Shown here in pieces: positions 1 to 9,077 of a DNA stretch of 64,000 nt. A program made the translations under genes and the position numbers. This stretch comes from a virus. Lineage: Duplodnaviria > Caudoviricetes. Where the stretch lies: IMG/VR virus record IMGVR_UViG_2706795618_000001, positions 1 through 64,000 of that record; one strand, written 5' to 3'. Positions within the stretch are counted from its first letter, which is position 1, and each line of letters opens with the position of its first letter. Below the pieces are notes generated by a model. That model did not search any database. It was not told the origin of the DNA and saw nothing but the letters and a program-made list of their open reading frames with translations.

Positions 1-201
1 AGGGTCTTACCCCCCCGCCGAAAAGTGAACAAAACACCTGGTCGCAGGGATGCGGGGGGCGGGGCGGCGCAACGCCTTTCGCCACGTCGGCGGCGGGGGC
101 CGAAATTCGCTGGTCACAACGCCTTCGGCGCGGGTCGGCCGGACCCCCGATGCGTCAACGCTTTCCGTTCACTTTTTCCACCTACCCACAAGGAGCACCT
201 G

Positions 202-861
202 ATGTCCGAATCGCCATCTGACGCCGGTCCCGTCGCGGGGACGCTGATGGGGGACGCGGCCCGCCTGTCGGTGGCCGAACTCCACACATTCCTGGGGAAT
301 CCCCGGCGCGGCAACGTCGCCCGGATCGCCGAGTCGCTGGCGGTCAACGGCATGTACAAGCCGGTGGTGGTCAACCGCGGCACCCACACGGGCCGACCCA
401 ACGAGGTGCTGGCGGGCAACCACACCCTGATGGCCGCCCGGGAGCTGGGCTGGACGGAGCTCAACGCCTGGGTGATTGACGTGGACGAGCACCAGGCCAA
501 GAAGATCGTCGCCGCCGACAACCGGACGGCCGACCTGGGCGACTACGACAACGAAGCCATGATCGAGCTGTTGGAATCGCTCGATGACCTGGAGGGCACG
601 GGTTACGACGACGACGACCTGGACAGCCTGAAGGATCTGGAGAACAGCGGGCTGTGGGACAACGAAAACCCCTACGGCGGGGGTGATTCCGACCCCGGCA
701 GCCACGGCGACGACGACAACCACAAGTTTCATCCCAAGATTGACCTGCGGATTCCCCCGCAGATGATGGACGCCTGGCGCGAGCTGCTCGACCGCTACAC
801 GGGCGACGACGACGTGGACAAGCTGGAAGCCCACCTCAAGGCGATGGGCGTCCTGTCGTGA
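202..861 (+). CDS. ParB-like nuclease domain protein
   Basis: NPRRGNV..IAESL..NG.YKPVVVN, VLAGNHT..AA..LGW and ADNRTADLG match phage ParB-like N-domains; AAGGAG RBS before ATG 202; acidic tail. Confidence 0.8.
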   Translation: MSESPSDAGPVAGTLMGDAARLSVAELHTFLGNPRRGNVARIAESLAVNGMYKPVVVNRGTHTGRPNEVLAGNHTLMAARELGWTELNAWVIDVDEHQAKKIVAADNRTADLGDYDNEAMIELLESLDDLEGTGYDDDDLDSLKDLENSGLWDNENPYGGGDSDPGSHGDDDNHKFHPKIDLRIPPQMMDAWRELLDRYTGDDDVDKLEAHLKAMGVLS

Positions 862-980
862 CGTACACCCGGGCCGAGGTCATCGCCCAGGCCGAACCCA
901 TCGGCTGGTGCGGCTCGACGGGATACGTTGCTGCGCTCATCATCCGCCTGGCGATCGTCACCGGGGTGGTGTTCCTGTGA
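858..980 (+). CDS. 40-aa peptide with hydrophobic C-terminal half
   Basis: GTGA overlaps at both ends (858-861, 977-980); reads MTYTRAEVIAQAEPIGWCGSTGYVAALIIRLAIVTGVVFL; not in the ORF track. Confidence 0.6.
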   Translation: MTYTRAEVIAQAEPIGWCGSTGYVAALIIRLAIVTGVVFL

Positions 981-2050
981 CCAGCGGAAAGTCTCATGGC
1001 CCCACTGGGGTGGAGACCGCCAAGCGGGTGATCCCGATGAATTTGCTGTGGTCCTACGTGTATGCGCGGAATTTGGACCTGCGGAAGTTCCTGAACGGGC
1101 TTGCCGCCGACCCGATCCGGTTCTTCGCCGACTCCGGGGCCCACAGCGCGCGGACGTTGGGCGTGCACATCGACGTGGACCAGTACGCCGAATGGCTGCT
1201 GGCCCACCGCGACATGTGCACTATCTACGCCAACCTCGACGTGATCGGCGCGCCCGACGCCACCCGGGCCAACCAGGAGCGGCTGGAATCGTATGGCCTG
1301 CACCCCATGCCGGTGTTCCACACGGGCGAGCCGTTCTCGGTGCTTGAGGACTACATCCAGGACGGATACACCTACATCGCCCTGGGAAAACTGCTCGGCA
1401 ACAGCCAAAAAGACCTGACGCCGTGGATCGCACGGTGTTTCGAGGTCGCGCAGGACCGTGCGGTGTTCCACGGCTTCGGGATGACGGTGTGGGCCCAGGT
1501 CAAGCGGTGGCCCTGGTACTCGGTCGATTCGAGCAGCTGGGTGGCGGGCGTCCGGTACGGCAGCGTGCGGCTGTTCGACAACGGCCGGTGGAAGGTGATC
1601 CAGCTGCGTGACCGCCAGGGCGTGCGCGACAACCTGGCGTTGCTCCGGTCGTACGGGCTGACACCGCGGATGCTGACCAAGGAGGGCTACGACCGCCTGG
1701 CGGTGGCCGGCGCGTGCGCGGTCGCGCAGTACCGGGCGTCGGATTGGGTCGCGCAGCGGGTCGGCAGGGTGGTTCTGCCACCCGGCAAGGGGTATCCACC
1801 CCCCGATTCCCCTGCGGCACCCAAGATCATCCGTCTGCTGGACGGGCCGGGGGACCACGCGCGCTACCTGGCCGACACCACGGTGGAGAAGCACAAGGTG
1901 CACGCCGAGGGGCTGCACCAGTACCTGGCCAACACCGCGAGCACCAACCACGGCTGGCACGCCAACGGGCTGCAGCTGTACATCGCCGACAGCTCCACCA
2001 GCTGGACCCCAGCGGCGGCCGTCGGAGTTGCCAAGGAGAACGGCCAGTGA
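977..2050 (+). CDS. dpdA: DpdA-like (TGT-fold) DNA guanine transglycosylase
   Basis: FFADSGAHS, ANLDVIG, PMPVFH, FHGFG and SVDSSSW motifs of TGT/DpdA barrels; adjacent to queD/queE/folE; GTGA-coupled start. Confidence 0.75.
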   Translation: MTSGKSHGPTGVETAKRVIPMNLLWSYVYARNLDLRKFLNGLAADPIRFFADSGAHSARTLGVHIDVDQYAEWLLAHRDMCTIYANLDVIGAPDATRANQERLESYGLHPMPVFHTGEPFSVLEDYIQDGYTYIALGKLLGNSQKDLTPWIARCFEVAQDRAVFHGFGMTVWAQVKRWPWYSVDSSSWVAGVRYGSVRLFDNGRWKVIQLRDRQGVRDNLALLRSYGLTPRMLTKEGYDRLAVAGACAVAQYRASDWVAQRVGRVVLPPGKGYPPPDSPAAPKIIRLLDGPGDHARYLADTTVEKHKVHAEGLHQYLANTASTNHGWHANGLQLYIADSSTSWTPAAAVGVAKENGQ

Positions 2051-2472
2051 CGCATCACGCCATGACCATCACCATCGGCCCGCTGACCTGCGTGTTCGGC
2101 AACCACAACACCGCGATGGGTCTCAAGCTGCATTTCCACACTGCGGCGGTGTTTTTGGAGTACTCGGTCCCGCAGACCTCCGCGCCGACGCGAAATCACT
2201 GGGGCGGCCACGGATTCCCCAGCTTCGAGCAGACCAACGACGCGCTGCGTGACGAGCTGCGCCGGCTGACGGCCGAACCGTTCGCCGACGCGACCAACGA
2301 GGACGTGGCGTGGCGGCTGTTCCAGTCGCTGCGGTCGTTCACCCATCCCAGTTGGGACCAGTACGGCGGCGCGTACGACCTGGTGGCGCTGCACCTCGAT
2401 GTCGTCGGGGTGCCCGACAGCATCGGCCACGACGACGGCACAACCCGATACACGATCAAGGAGACGGCGTGA
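2047..2472 (+). CDS. QueD-like T-fold paralog lacking the catalytic Cys (candidate DpdL-like)
   Basis: F.NH, LHFHT and ATNEDVA align loosely with QueD F.AGH, HGHT and PTTEAIA; sits between dpdA and queD. Confidence 0.5.
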   Translation: MTHHAMTITIGPLTCVFGNHNTAMGLKLHFHTAAVFLEYSVPQTSAPTRNHWGGHGFPSFEQTNDALRDELRRLTAEPFADATNEDVAWRLFQSLRSFTHPSWDQYGGAYDLVALHLDVVGVPDSIGHDDGTTRYTIKETA

Positions 2473-2987
2473 TGGACGGACGGCTGACCGCCACGGTGCG
2501 GCACCACTTCTCAGCGGGTCACCGCATCGTCGGGCTACCCGGCGCGGGTGCCAAGTGCTCAAACGTCCACGGCCACACGTTCGGCGTGAACTGGACCGTC
2601 GCCCTGCCGGGTTTGGACGCCCAGCAGGTGGAGTTCGGCGCGATCAAGCGGGCCTATCGCGGCTGGGTCGATGAGCACCTGGACCACGGGTTCATCGCCC
2701 ACGCCGACGACCACCAGGTGGTGGACTGGCTGAAGGCGTTGGGCAGCAAGCACTACGTGCTGGGGACGCCCCCGACGACCGAGGCCATCGCCAGCCTGAT
2801 CGCCCACTACAGCCAGTCGGCGCTGCCAGGGGTCAGCCTGCTGTCGGTCGAGGTCACCGAGGGACCGCACAACGCCGCCACGTGGCACGCCGACCACCGA
2901 GGCAAGACGTGGGTGGAGCACCAGCTGGCGGCCGGGACCATCACGGTGGACGAAGCCCGGCGCATCCAGAGGGGCGAAAGCCTGTGA
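2472..2987 (+). CDS. queD: 6-carboxytetrahydropterin synthase QueD
   Basis: FSAGHR, KCSNVHGHT, LDHGF, PTTEAIA and VTEG motifs; TGATG overlap. Confidence 0.9.
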   Translation: MDGRLTATVRHHFSAGHRIVGLPGAGAKCSNVHGHTFGVNWTVALPGLDAQQVEFGAIKRAYRGWVDEHLDHGFIAHADDHQVVDWLKALGSKHYVLGTPPTTEAIASLIAHYSQSALPGVSLLSVEVTEGPHNAATWHADHRGKTWVEHQLAAGTITVDEARRIQRGESL

Positions 2988-3697
2988 CGGCGCTGGAATT
3001 GCCCGTCAGCGAGGTGTTCGGCCCCACGCTGCAGGGTGAGGGGCCACACCAGGGCCGCGCGGTCCAGTTCATCCGGCTGGGCGGGTGCAACCTGTCGTGC
3101 AGCTGGTGCGACACCCCGTACACCTGGGACGCCAGCCGGTACAACCTCCGCGAGGAGAACCCGCTGACCCCGGTGACGGACGTTCTGGCGCGGGTGATTC
3201 CGTCGCTGCCGGTGGTGGTGTCGGGCGGGGAGCCGCTGATCCACCAGGCCAAGCCCGCGTGGACCGCGCTGCTGCAGGGGCTGCGGTCACGCGACTGCGC
3301 GGTGCACGTGGAGACCAACGGCACGATCAACCCCAACGACGTGACGCGGACCTACGTCGATCACTACTCCGTGTCGCCGAAGCTGCCGCACGCCGGTCTG
3401 CACAAGCGATCCCAGAACCCCACGATGTCGCGCGGGTGGACCGCCGGCCGATTCCCCAACGGGGTGACCAAGTGCCTGAAGGTGGTGGTCCGCACCGACG
3501 CCGACGTGATGCGGGCGTTCGGGCTGGCCGACGACTACGGCTGGCCGCTGGGCGATCTGTGGGTGATGCCCGAGGGCACCACCACGGAGGAGCTGCAGTC
3601 GCGCTGGACCCTCATTGCCGAGACCGCCGCCCAGTTGGGCATCAACGCCTCCCACCGCCTGCACGTGCTGGCGTGGGGTGATCGGAAGGGCACATGA
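2984..3697 (+). CDS. queE: 7-carboxy-7-deazaguanine synthase QueE (radical SAM)
   Basis: EVFGPTLQGEG, FIRLGGCNLSCSWCDT (CxxxCxxC), SGGEPL, ETNGT, SVSPKL. Confidence 0.93.
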   Translation: MTALELPVSEVFGPTLQGEGPHQGRAVQFIRLGGCNLSCSWCDTPYTWDASRYNLREENPLTPVTDVLARVIPSLPVVVSGGEPLIHQAKPAWTALLQGLRSRDCAVHVETNGTINPNDVTRTYVDHYSVSPKLPHAGLHKRSQNPTMSRGWTAGRFPNGVTKCLKVVVRTDADVMRAFGLADDYGWPLGDLWVMPEGTTTEELQSRWTLIAETAAQLGINASHRLHVLAWGDRKGT

Positions 3698-4320
3698 CGA
3701 CCAACGGAGACGTGATCGGTGTTGTTGACGGCGAACTGACGACCGTCGTGCACACCCCCGAGACGCGCGCTGCAGAAGCCGTGCAGGAACTGCTGAACGC
3801 GCTGGGGGTGGACGAGGGGGACCACACCCGCAAGACACCGCAGCGGGTCGCCAAGGCGTGGCTGGAGATGCTGTCGGGCTACCGGGAAGATCCGGCGCGC
3901 CACCTCGACGTGACGTTCTCGGCCCCGGCCAACCCCGGCCTGGTGATCGTCCACGGCATCACGGTCAACAGCACGTGTGCCCACCACATGCTCCCGTTCA
4001 CCGGCCACGCCACCGTGGCGTACCGACCTAGCAACGGCCAGTCCATCGTCGGGTTGTCCAAGCTGGCGCGGCTGGTGAACGGGTACAGCCGTCGCCTGCA
4101 GGTCCAGGAGCGGATCGGCGCGCAGGTGGTGGAGGCCATCACCGAGCGGCTACAGCCCAGCGGGGCAATGTGTCTGATCACCGCCACCCACGACTGCATG
4201 AGGCTGCGTGGCGTGGGGGAGCCGGACGCCGCCACCACGACCGAGGCGCGCAGCGGGCTGCTGCTCGACCACGAAATCGCCCTGATCCACCAGCGGCACC
4301 ACGGGAGTGCCCTGCGGTGA
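3694..4320 (+). CDS. folE: GTP cyclohydrolase I FolE
   Basis: TPQRVAKAW, STCAHHMLPF, GLSKLAR, RLQVQER, HDCMRLRGV. Confidence 0.95.
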   Translation: MTTNGDVIGVVDGELTTVVHTPETRAAEAVQELLNALGVDEGDHTRKTPQRVAKAWLEMLSGYREDPARHLDVTFSAPANPGLVIVHGITVNSTCAHHMLPFTGHATVAYRPSNGQSIVGLSKLARLVNGYSRRLQVQERIGAQVVEAITERLQPSGAMCLITATHDCMRLRGVGEPDAATTTEARSGLLLDHEIALIHQRHHGSALR

Positions 4321-4760
4321 ACCGGGTCGAGCGTGCCCGGCGTGACGCCAAGGTGCTGCGGCTGCACATTGCAGGCGCGACGTACCGGCAGATCGCCGAG
4401 TCGTGCGAGATCAGCGTGGGGATGGCCGACAAGATCGTTCGGCGCGAGCTGGCCAAAGCAGCGGCGCGCCGGGATCTGTTGGGCGAGCAGGCGTTGGCCA
4501 TGTTCCTGGAGCGCCAGGAGGCGCTGTTCAAGGCCAACTTCCCGGCCGCGATGAAGGGCGACTACAAGGCGTCGGTGATCTGCGACCGCATCATGGCGCG
4601 CCAGGCGCGGCTGTTCGAGGTGATCGACGGTCACGGCCGCGGCGGCGGTAGCGGCGATCCCGACGAGACGCCCGACCCCACGCCGGACGACGACACCGAC
4701 TCCGACGACGAGGACGACGGCGATGACCTCGCCAAGTGGCGTCGCCGTCGCGGCGCTTAA
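4317..4760 (+). CDS. terS: Probable terminase small subunit (N-terminal HTH)
   Basis: HTH-like GATYRQIAESCEISVGMA; directly upstream of TerL; GTGA overlap. Confidence 0.65.
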   Translation: MNRVERARRDAKVLRLHIAGATYRQIAESCEISVGMADKIVRRELAKAAARRDLLGEQALAMFLERQEALFKANFPAAMKGDYKASVICDRIMARQARLFEVIDGHGRGGGSGDPDETPDPTPDDDTDSDDEDDGDDLAKWRRRRGA

Positions 4761-6342
4761 GGGCCACACCAAGCCCCGCCTGTACACCCCACCTCTGGCG
4801 GTCAACTGCAACATCTGGATCGCCCCAGAGTTGTCGTGCCCCTGTGGATGTGGGCTCCACGCGGGGACCAGCTGGGGATTCGATTGCATCGACTTCCTGA
4901 CCAATGTCCTGAAGTGGCAGCTGATCCCGTACCAGCGGTGGTTGTACATCCACGCGCTGGAGAAGGGACCGGGCGGCGAGGGATTCCGGTTCAAAACGCT
5001 GGTCATCCTGATTGCCCGGCAGAACGGAAAAACCCAGTGGCTCAGGGGGCTTGGGCTGTGGCGGCTGTACCTCGACAGTCGCGGTCGGTCATCACCTGAC
5101 TGCCCGGCGGCCAAGACGGTGGTGATCGCGGCCCAGGGGCTGGAGTACGCCGAGGGCACGCTGGGCGAGGTCGTCAACGACGTGAAGGAATGCCGGGCGC
5201 TCAAGCGGGAGTTCCTGCGGCACCGGCAAACCAACGGCAAGCACGCCATGTTGCTGTCGGGCCGGCGGTCGTGGCGCGCCGTCGCGGCCAACCGCAAGGG
5301 CGGCCGGTCGATGTCGGTGGACCTGGCCGAACTGGACGAGCTGCGCGAGCACCACGACTGGCTGGCCTGGAACGCCATCACCCCGACGACCCAGGCGCGG
5401 CAGTACAGCCAGAACGTCGCGGCGTCGAACGCGGGTGACAAGCGGTCGGTGGTGCTGCGGTCGCTGCGCGACGGTGCGATGGCCAAGATTCTGGCCCGCG
5501 ACACCGAAGACACCAAGACGGGCCTGTTCGAGTACTCAGCCCCGCAGGACGCAAACCCACTGGAGCGCAAGTACTGGCCGATGGCCAACCCCGCGCTGGG
5601 GTACCTGCCGGGCCACGACGAGGACGCGCTGGCGGCCAAGGCCGAAGCGATGGCCGACAACATGGCGGGGTTCGTCACCGAGCACCTGTGCCAATGGGTG
5701 GACACCTTGCTCCCCGGCGTCATGCCGATGGAGGACTGGAACGCCACAACCGACCCGGAATCACGCCGCGCGGAGGGGGCACCTGTGTATGCCGCCGTTG
5801 ACGTGAGCCACAGCAGGAGCAAGGCCTACATCGCCGTGGCGTCCCGCCGGTCGGATGGGTTGCTGCACGTCGAGGTTGTGGCGGCCCACCGCGGAACCGA
5901 TTGGGTCGTCCCGTGGTTCAAGGCCCGGCCCGGCAAGTTCGTTGCCGTGGCGGTCCAGGCGCGGGGGTGCCCCGCGTCCGACCTGATTGAACCGCTGACC
6001 GAGGCGGGCGTCCCCGTGATGGAACTGGGCGGGGCCGAGCTCGTACGCGGCGCGGGTGGGGTGCTGTTCGACGGCATCCGTAAGCACGCCATCTGGCACC
6101 GACCGTCGCCCGCGCTGGACACCGCGGCCAAGGGCACGGTGTCGCGGTCGCTGGGCGGCGACACGTGGGTGCTCGACCGCAAGAACTCGCCGGTAGACGC
6201 CGCACCGCTGGTGGCGTGCGCGGCTGCCGCGTGGGCCGAAGGCCAGGGGCCGATGGTCCCCGACAAGGTGCCCGAGGTCCATGAATGGCCTGATGAGGAG
6301 GAGATCGCCGAATGGGAAAAGGAACTGGACGAGCTTCAGTGA
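4723..6342 (+). CDS. terL: Terminase large subunit
   Basis: Walker A-like IARQNGKT, Walker B-like DELREH, SNAG coupling motif, nuclease AVDVS and VDAAPLVA. Confidence 0.93.
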   Translation: MTSPSGVAVAALKGHTKPRLYTPPLAVNCNIWIAPELSCPCGCGLHAGTSWGFDCIDFLTNVLKWQLIPYQRWLYIHALEKGPGGEGFRFKTLVILIARQNGKTQWLRGLGLWRLYLDSRGRSSPDCPAAKTVVIAAQGLEYAEGTLGEVVNDVKECRALKREFLRHRQTNGKHAMLLSGRRSWRAVAANRKGGRSMSVDLAELDELREHHDWLAWNAITPTTQARQYSQNVAASNAGDKRSVVLRSLRDGAMAKILARDTEDTKTGLFEYSAPQDANPLERKYWPMANPALGYLPGHDEDALAAKAEAMADNMAGFVTEHLCQWVDTLLPGVMPMEDWNATTDPESRRAEGAPVYAAVDVSHSRSKAYIAVASRRSDGLLHVEVVAAHRGTDWVVPWFKARPGKFVAVAVQARGCPASDLIEPLTEAGVPVMELGGAELVRGAGGVLFDGIRKHAIWHRPSPALDTAAKGTVSRSLGGDTWVLDRKNSPVDAAPLVACAAAAWAEGQGPMVPDKVPEVHEWPDEEEIAEWEKELDELQ

Positions 6343-6527
6343 CGCGCGAACTGGCTTCCGGCGCACTGCAGTTGGCCGGTGTCGCGGCGATCACCTACGG
6401 GTGCTGGCTGCTGGCACCGTGGCTGGGGCTGATCATCGGCGGCGTCCTGGTGCTGCTGGTCGGTATGGCGCTCGACCCGCCGGCCCGCAAGCCGCGGCCA
6501 GTGGCAGTGGTGGGTGACGAGCAGTGA
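6339..6527 (+). CDS. Small membrane protein between terminase and portal
   Basis: Two hydrophobic stretches; GTGA overlaps at both ends. Confidence 0.7.
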   Translation: MTRELASGALQLAGVAAITYGCWLLAPWLGLIIGGVLVLLVGMALDPPARKPRPVAVVGDEQ

Positions 6528-7870
6528 GCCTGCTGACCCGGCTGTTCGGCGACGGCGACGACTTCGAGCAGAGGCTGTCGTTCTCCAACACCCGGATTCC
6601 CAGCCCCGCTGAGGATTCCATCATGTGGGGCGCATCGCCCAAGTCCAACAACGCGATGTCGTCGGCCGCGTTCTACGCCTGCGTGACGTTGCTGGCCGAT
6701 GTCATCAGCCAGCTGCCCGTCGGGGCATACGTCAAGGGCACCAAGGGTGGCCGTAAGCAGGTGGACTCCGAACTGCTCGACCCCGACCGGTCCCCGTACC
6801 CGGAAACCACGTGGTTCGAGTGGGTTTGGATGCTGATGGAGTCGGCCGCCATCACGGGCAACGCCTTCAGCTACGTCACCAAGCGCGACGGCACCCCGAC
6901 GGCCAAGCATGAGGAGGGGTTGCCGACCGCGCTGATGCCGGTCCACCCCGACGTTCTGTCGGTCAAGTTCGAGGAACGCCTGGACAAGGTGAAGTGGCCG
7001 GAACCCGTGTGGCGGGTCGGTGGCCAGAAGGTCAACTACGACGACCTGGTGCACGTCAAGCGGTATCCCATTGCTGGGCAACCGCTTTCGATGTCACCGA
7101 TTCAGAAGGCCGCGCAGTCAATCGGATTGTCGCTGGCGGCCGAGAAGTACGGCTACAACTACTTCAAGGACAGCGCCAACCCGTCGTCGGTGCTGGAGAC
7201 GGACCAGACGCTGGACGCCGAGCAGGTCAAGGGCGTCATGCAGCGGTGGATCAGCAGCCACGGCGGCAAGCGGCGACCGGCGGTCCTGTCGGGCGGGTTC
7301 AAGTGGCGGCCAATCGCCATCGCGCCCAACGAGGCCCAGTTCCTGGAGACGCGCCAGTTCCAGCGGTCTGAGGTGGCCATGTGGTTCCGCATCCCGCCCC
7401 ACATGATCGGCGACACCACCAAGTCCACCAGCTGGGGGACCGGCATCGAGCAGCAGTCCATCGGGTTCGTCAAGTTCACCTTGGGGCCGTGGCTGGTGTG
7501 CATCGAGCAGATGCTGAGCACGTGCCTTCCCAAGGGGCAGTTCGCCAAGTTCAACATTGACGCGCTGCTGCGCGGCGACGTAAAGAGCCGCTGGGAGGCC
7601 TACCGGATCGGCCGCGACTCAGGCGTCTACAGCGTCAACGAGATTCGCGAGAAGGAAGACCTGGAGCCCGTAGGCCCCGAAGGCGACATCCGTTTGCAGC
7701 CCATGAACTTCGTGCCGCTGGGTACCGACCCGGCAGACCTCAAGGACCAGCCGGCCGAAGACAACCCCGACGACGACAGCAGTGCACCTACCGATGACCC
7801 GGACAACCCGGACAACGACCCCGATTCGCCCTCCGACGACGAGGACGAGGACGACCAGGAGGACGACTGA
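6524..7870 (+). CDS. Portal protein, HK97 family
   Basis: AFYACVTLLADVISQLP, AITGNAF, AQFLETRQF..SEVAMWFRIPPHMIG, SVNEIRE. Confidence 0.95.
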   Translation: MSLLTRLFGDGDDFEQRLSFSNTRIPSPAEDSIMWGASPKSNNAMSSAAFYACVTLLADVISQLPVGAYVKGTKGGRKQVDSELLDPDRSPYPETTWFEWVWMLMESAAITGNAFSYVTKRDGTPTAKHEEGLPTALMPVHPDVLSVKFEERLDKVKWPEPVWRVGGQKVNYDDLVHVKRYPIAGQPLSMSPIQKAAQSIGLSLAAEKYGYNYFKDSANPSSVLETDQTLDAEQVKGVMQRWISSHGGKRRPAVLSGGFKWRPIAIAPNEAQFLETRQFQRSEVAMWFRIPPHMIGDTTKSTSWGTGIEQQSIGFVKFTLGPWLVCIEQMLSTCLPKGQFAKFNIDALLRGDVKSRWEAYRIGRDSGVYSVNEIREKEDLEPVGPEGDIRLQPMNFVPLGTDPADLKDQPAEDNPDDDSSAPTDDPDNPDNDPDSPSDDEDEDDQEDD

Positions 7871-8895
7871 TGAAGCGCAACCGGCCCACGGTGATTACCG
7901 ACGCCCCCGAGCACCGCGCCATCCCCATCGAGCGGGTGGAACTGCGCGCTGCCGACGACAACGCCGACGAGGTGGAGCTGACGGGCTACGCCTCGACGTT
8001 CGAGCCCTACGAAATGTACGGCGGGCCCGAGCGTGGCGGGTGGATCGAGCAGATTGACCGCAAGGCGTTCGCCAAGACGCTGCGCGAGTCGCCCGACCTG
8101 ATGCTGCTGATCAACCACGAGGGAATGCCGCTGGCACGCACCAAGTCCGGCACCCTCAAGCTGTCGGTGGACAGCCACGGGTTGAAGGTGTCGGCCAAGC
8201 TGGACCGGTCGGACCCCGACGTGCAGCGGCTGGAGGCCAAGATGCGCCGCGGCGACATGGACGAGATGTCGTTCGCCTTCCGCGTCAAGGCCCAAAAGTG
8301 GGAGGCCACAGACGACTTCCCCGAAGACCTGTACGCCCTGCGGACCATCCTCGAGGTGAGCCTGCACAAGGGCGACGTGTCGGTGGTCAACTACGGGGCC
8401 AACCCCACCACCCACGCGGAGGTCAAGGGGCTGGACGTGGCGATTCAGATGCTGGCCGACGCCGACCACGACGCGCTGGAACTGGCCGAGGCGCGAGCCG
8501 ATTCCGACGTGATCGCGCGGGCCAGGGCGGCTCTGGAGTCGCTGACGGCCAAGCCGCGGCGCGGTCAGCCCGACCTTACGGCCCCGGCTGACGATCCGTT
8601 CCCGCCCCAGAGCAAGTCGGGGCTGATCGGGCCCGACGGTGAGCGGATGGACGCCACCCCCGGCGCTGATCCCGACGACAAGGCGCGCGGCGAGAAGGCC
8701 AAGGGGATGAGCTACCTGGAGGCCATGCGCCGCCAGGGATTCGGCCCCGACGACGGCAGCCTGCTCAAGCGGGCCGACACCGAGACGATGGCCGCTGAGT
8801 CCGACGCCGCCATCGAGGAGCTGCGCGCCAAGAGCGCGGGTCACGCCGCGCTGCTGGCCAAACTGACGGGCTCCACCGGCCCCGACGCCGAGTAA
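7870..8895 (+). CDS. Prohead protease, HK97 family, with C-terminal extension
   Basis: LTGYASTF, LLINHEG.PLART, MSFAFRV, EVS..VSVVNYGANP; follows portal. Confidence 0.9.
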   Translation: MKRNRPTVITDAPEHRAIPIERVELRAADDNADEVELTGYASTFEPYEMYGGPERGGWIEQIDRKAFAKTLRESPDLMLLINHEGMPLARTKSGTLKLSVDSHGLKVSAKLDRSDPDVQRLEAKMRRGDMDEMSFAFRVKAQKWEATDDFPEDLYALRTILEVSLHKGDVSVVNYGANPTTHAEVKGLDVAIQMLADADHDALELAEARADSDVIARARAALESLTAKPRRGQPDLTAPADDPFPPQSKSGLIGPDGERMDATPGADPDDKARGEKAKGMSYLEAMRRQGFGPDDGSLLKRADTETMAAESDAAIEELRAKSAGHAALLAKLTGSTGPDAE

Positions 8896-8926
8896 AAACC
8901 CCACTACACCAACAACTTCCACACGC

Positions 8927-8955
8927 AAGGCCCCCGGGATTTCCTGGGGGCCTTT
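8927..8955 (+). terminator. Terminator-like hairpin upstream of capsid gene
   Basis: AAGGCCCCCGGGA-TT-TCCTGGGGGCCTT followed by T. Confidence 0.55.
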
Positions 8956-9077
8956 GTCGTGCGGTCGATCACCGCCGGCCCTGGCACTGGGCGGGTGATC
9001 TGCGGCCAGCCCTGGCACTGGGCGCGCATCCCCCCAAAAGAACCGCCCAACAGGGCAAATCACGAAAGGACTCCATC

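Noticed and set aside
1-200. Physical genome end or cos site
   Set aside because: Plausible from gene order, but no terminus can be shown from this sequence alone
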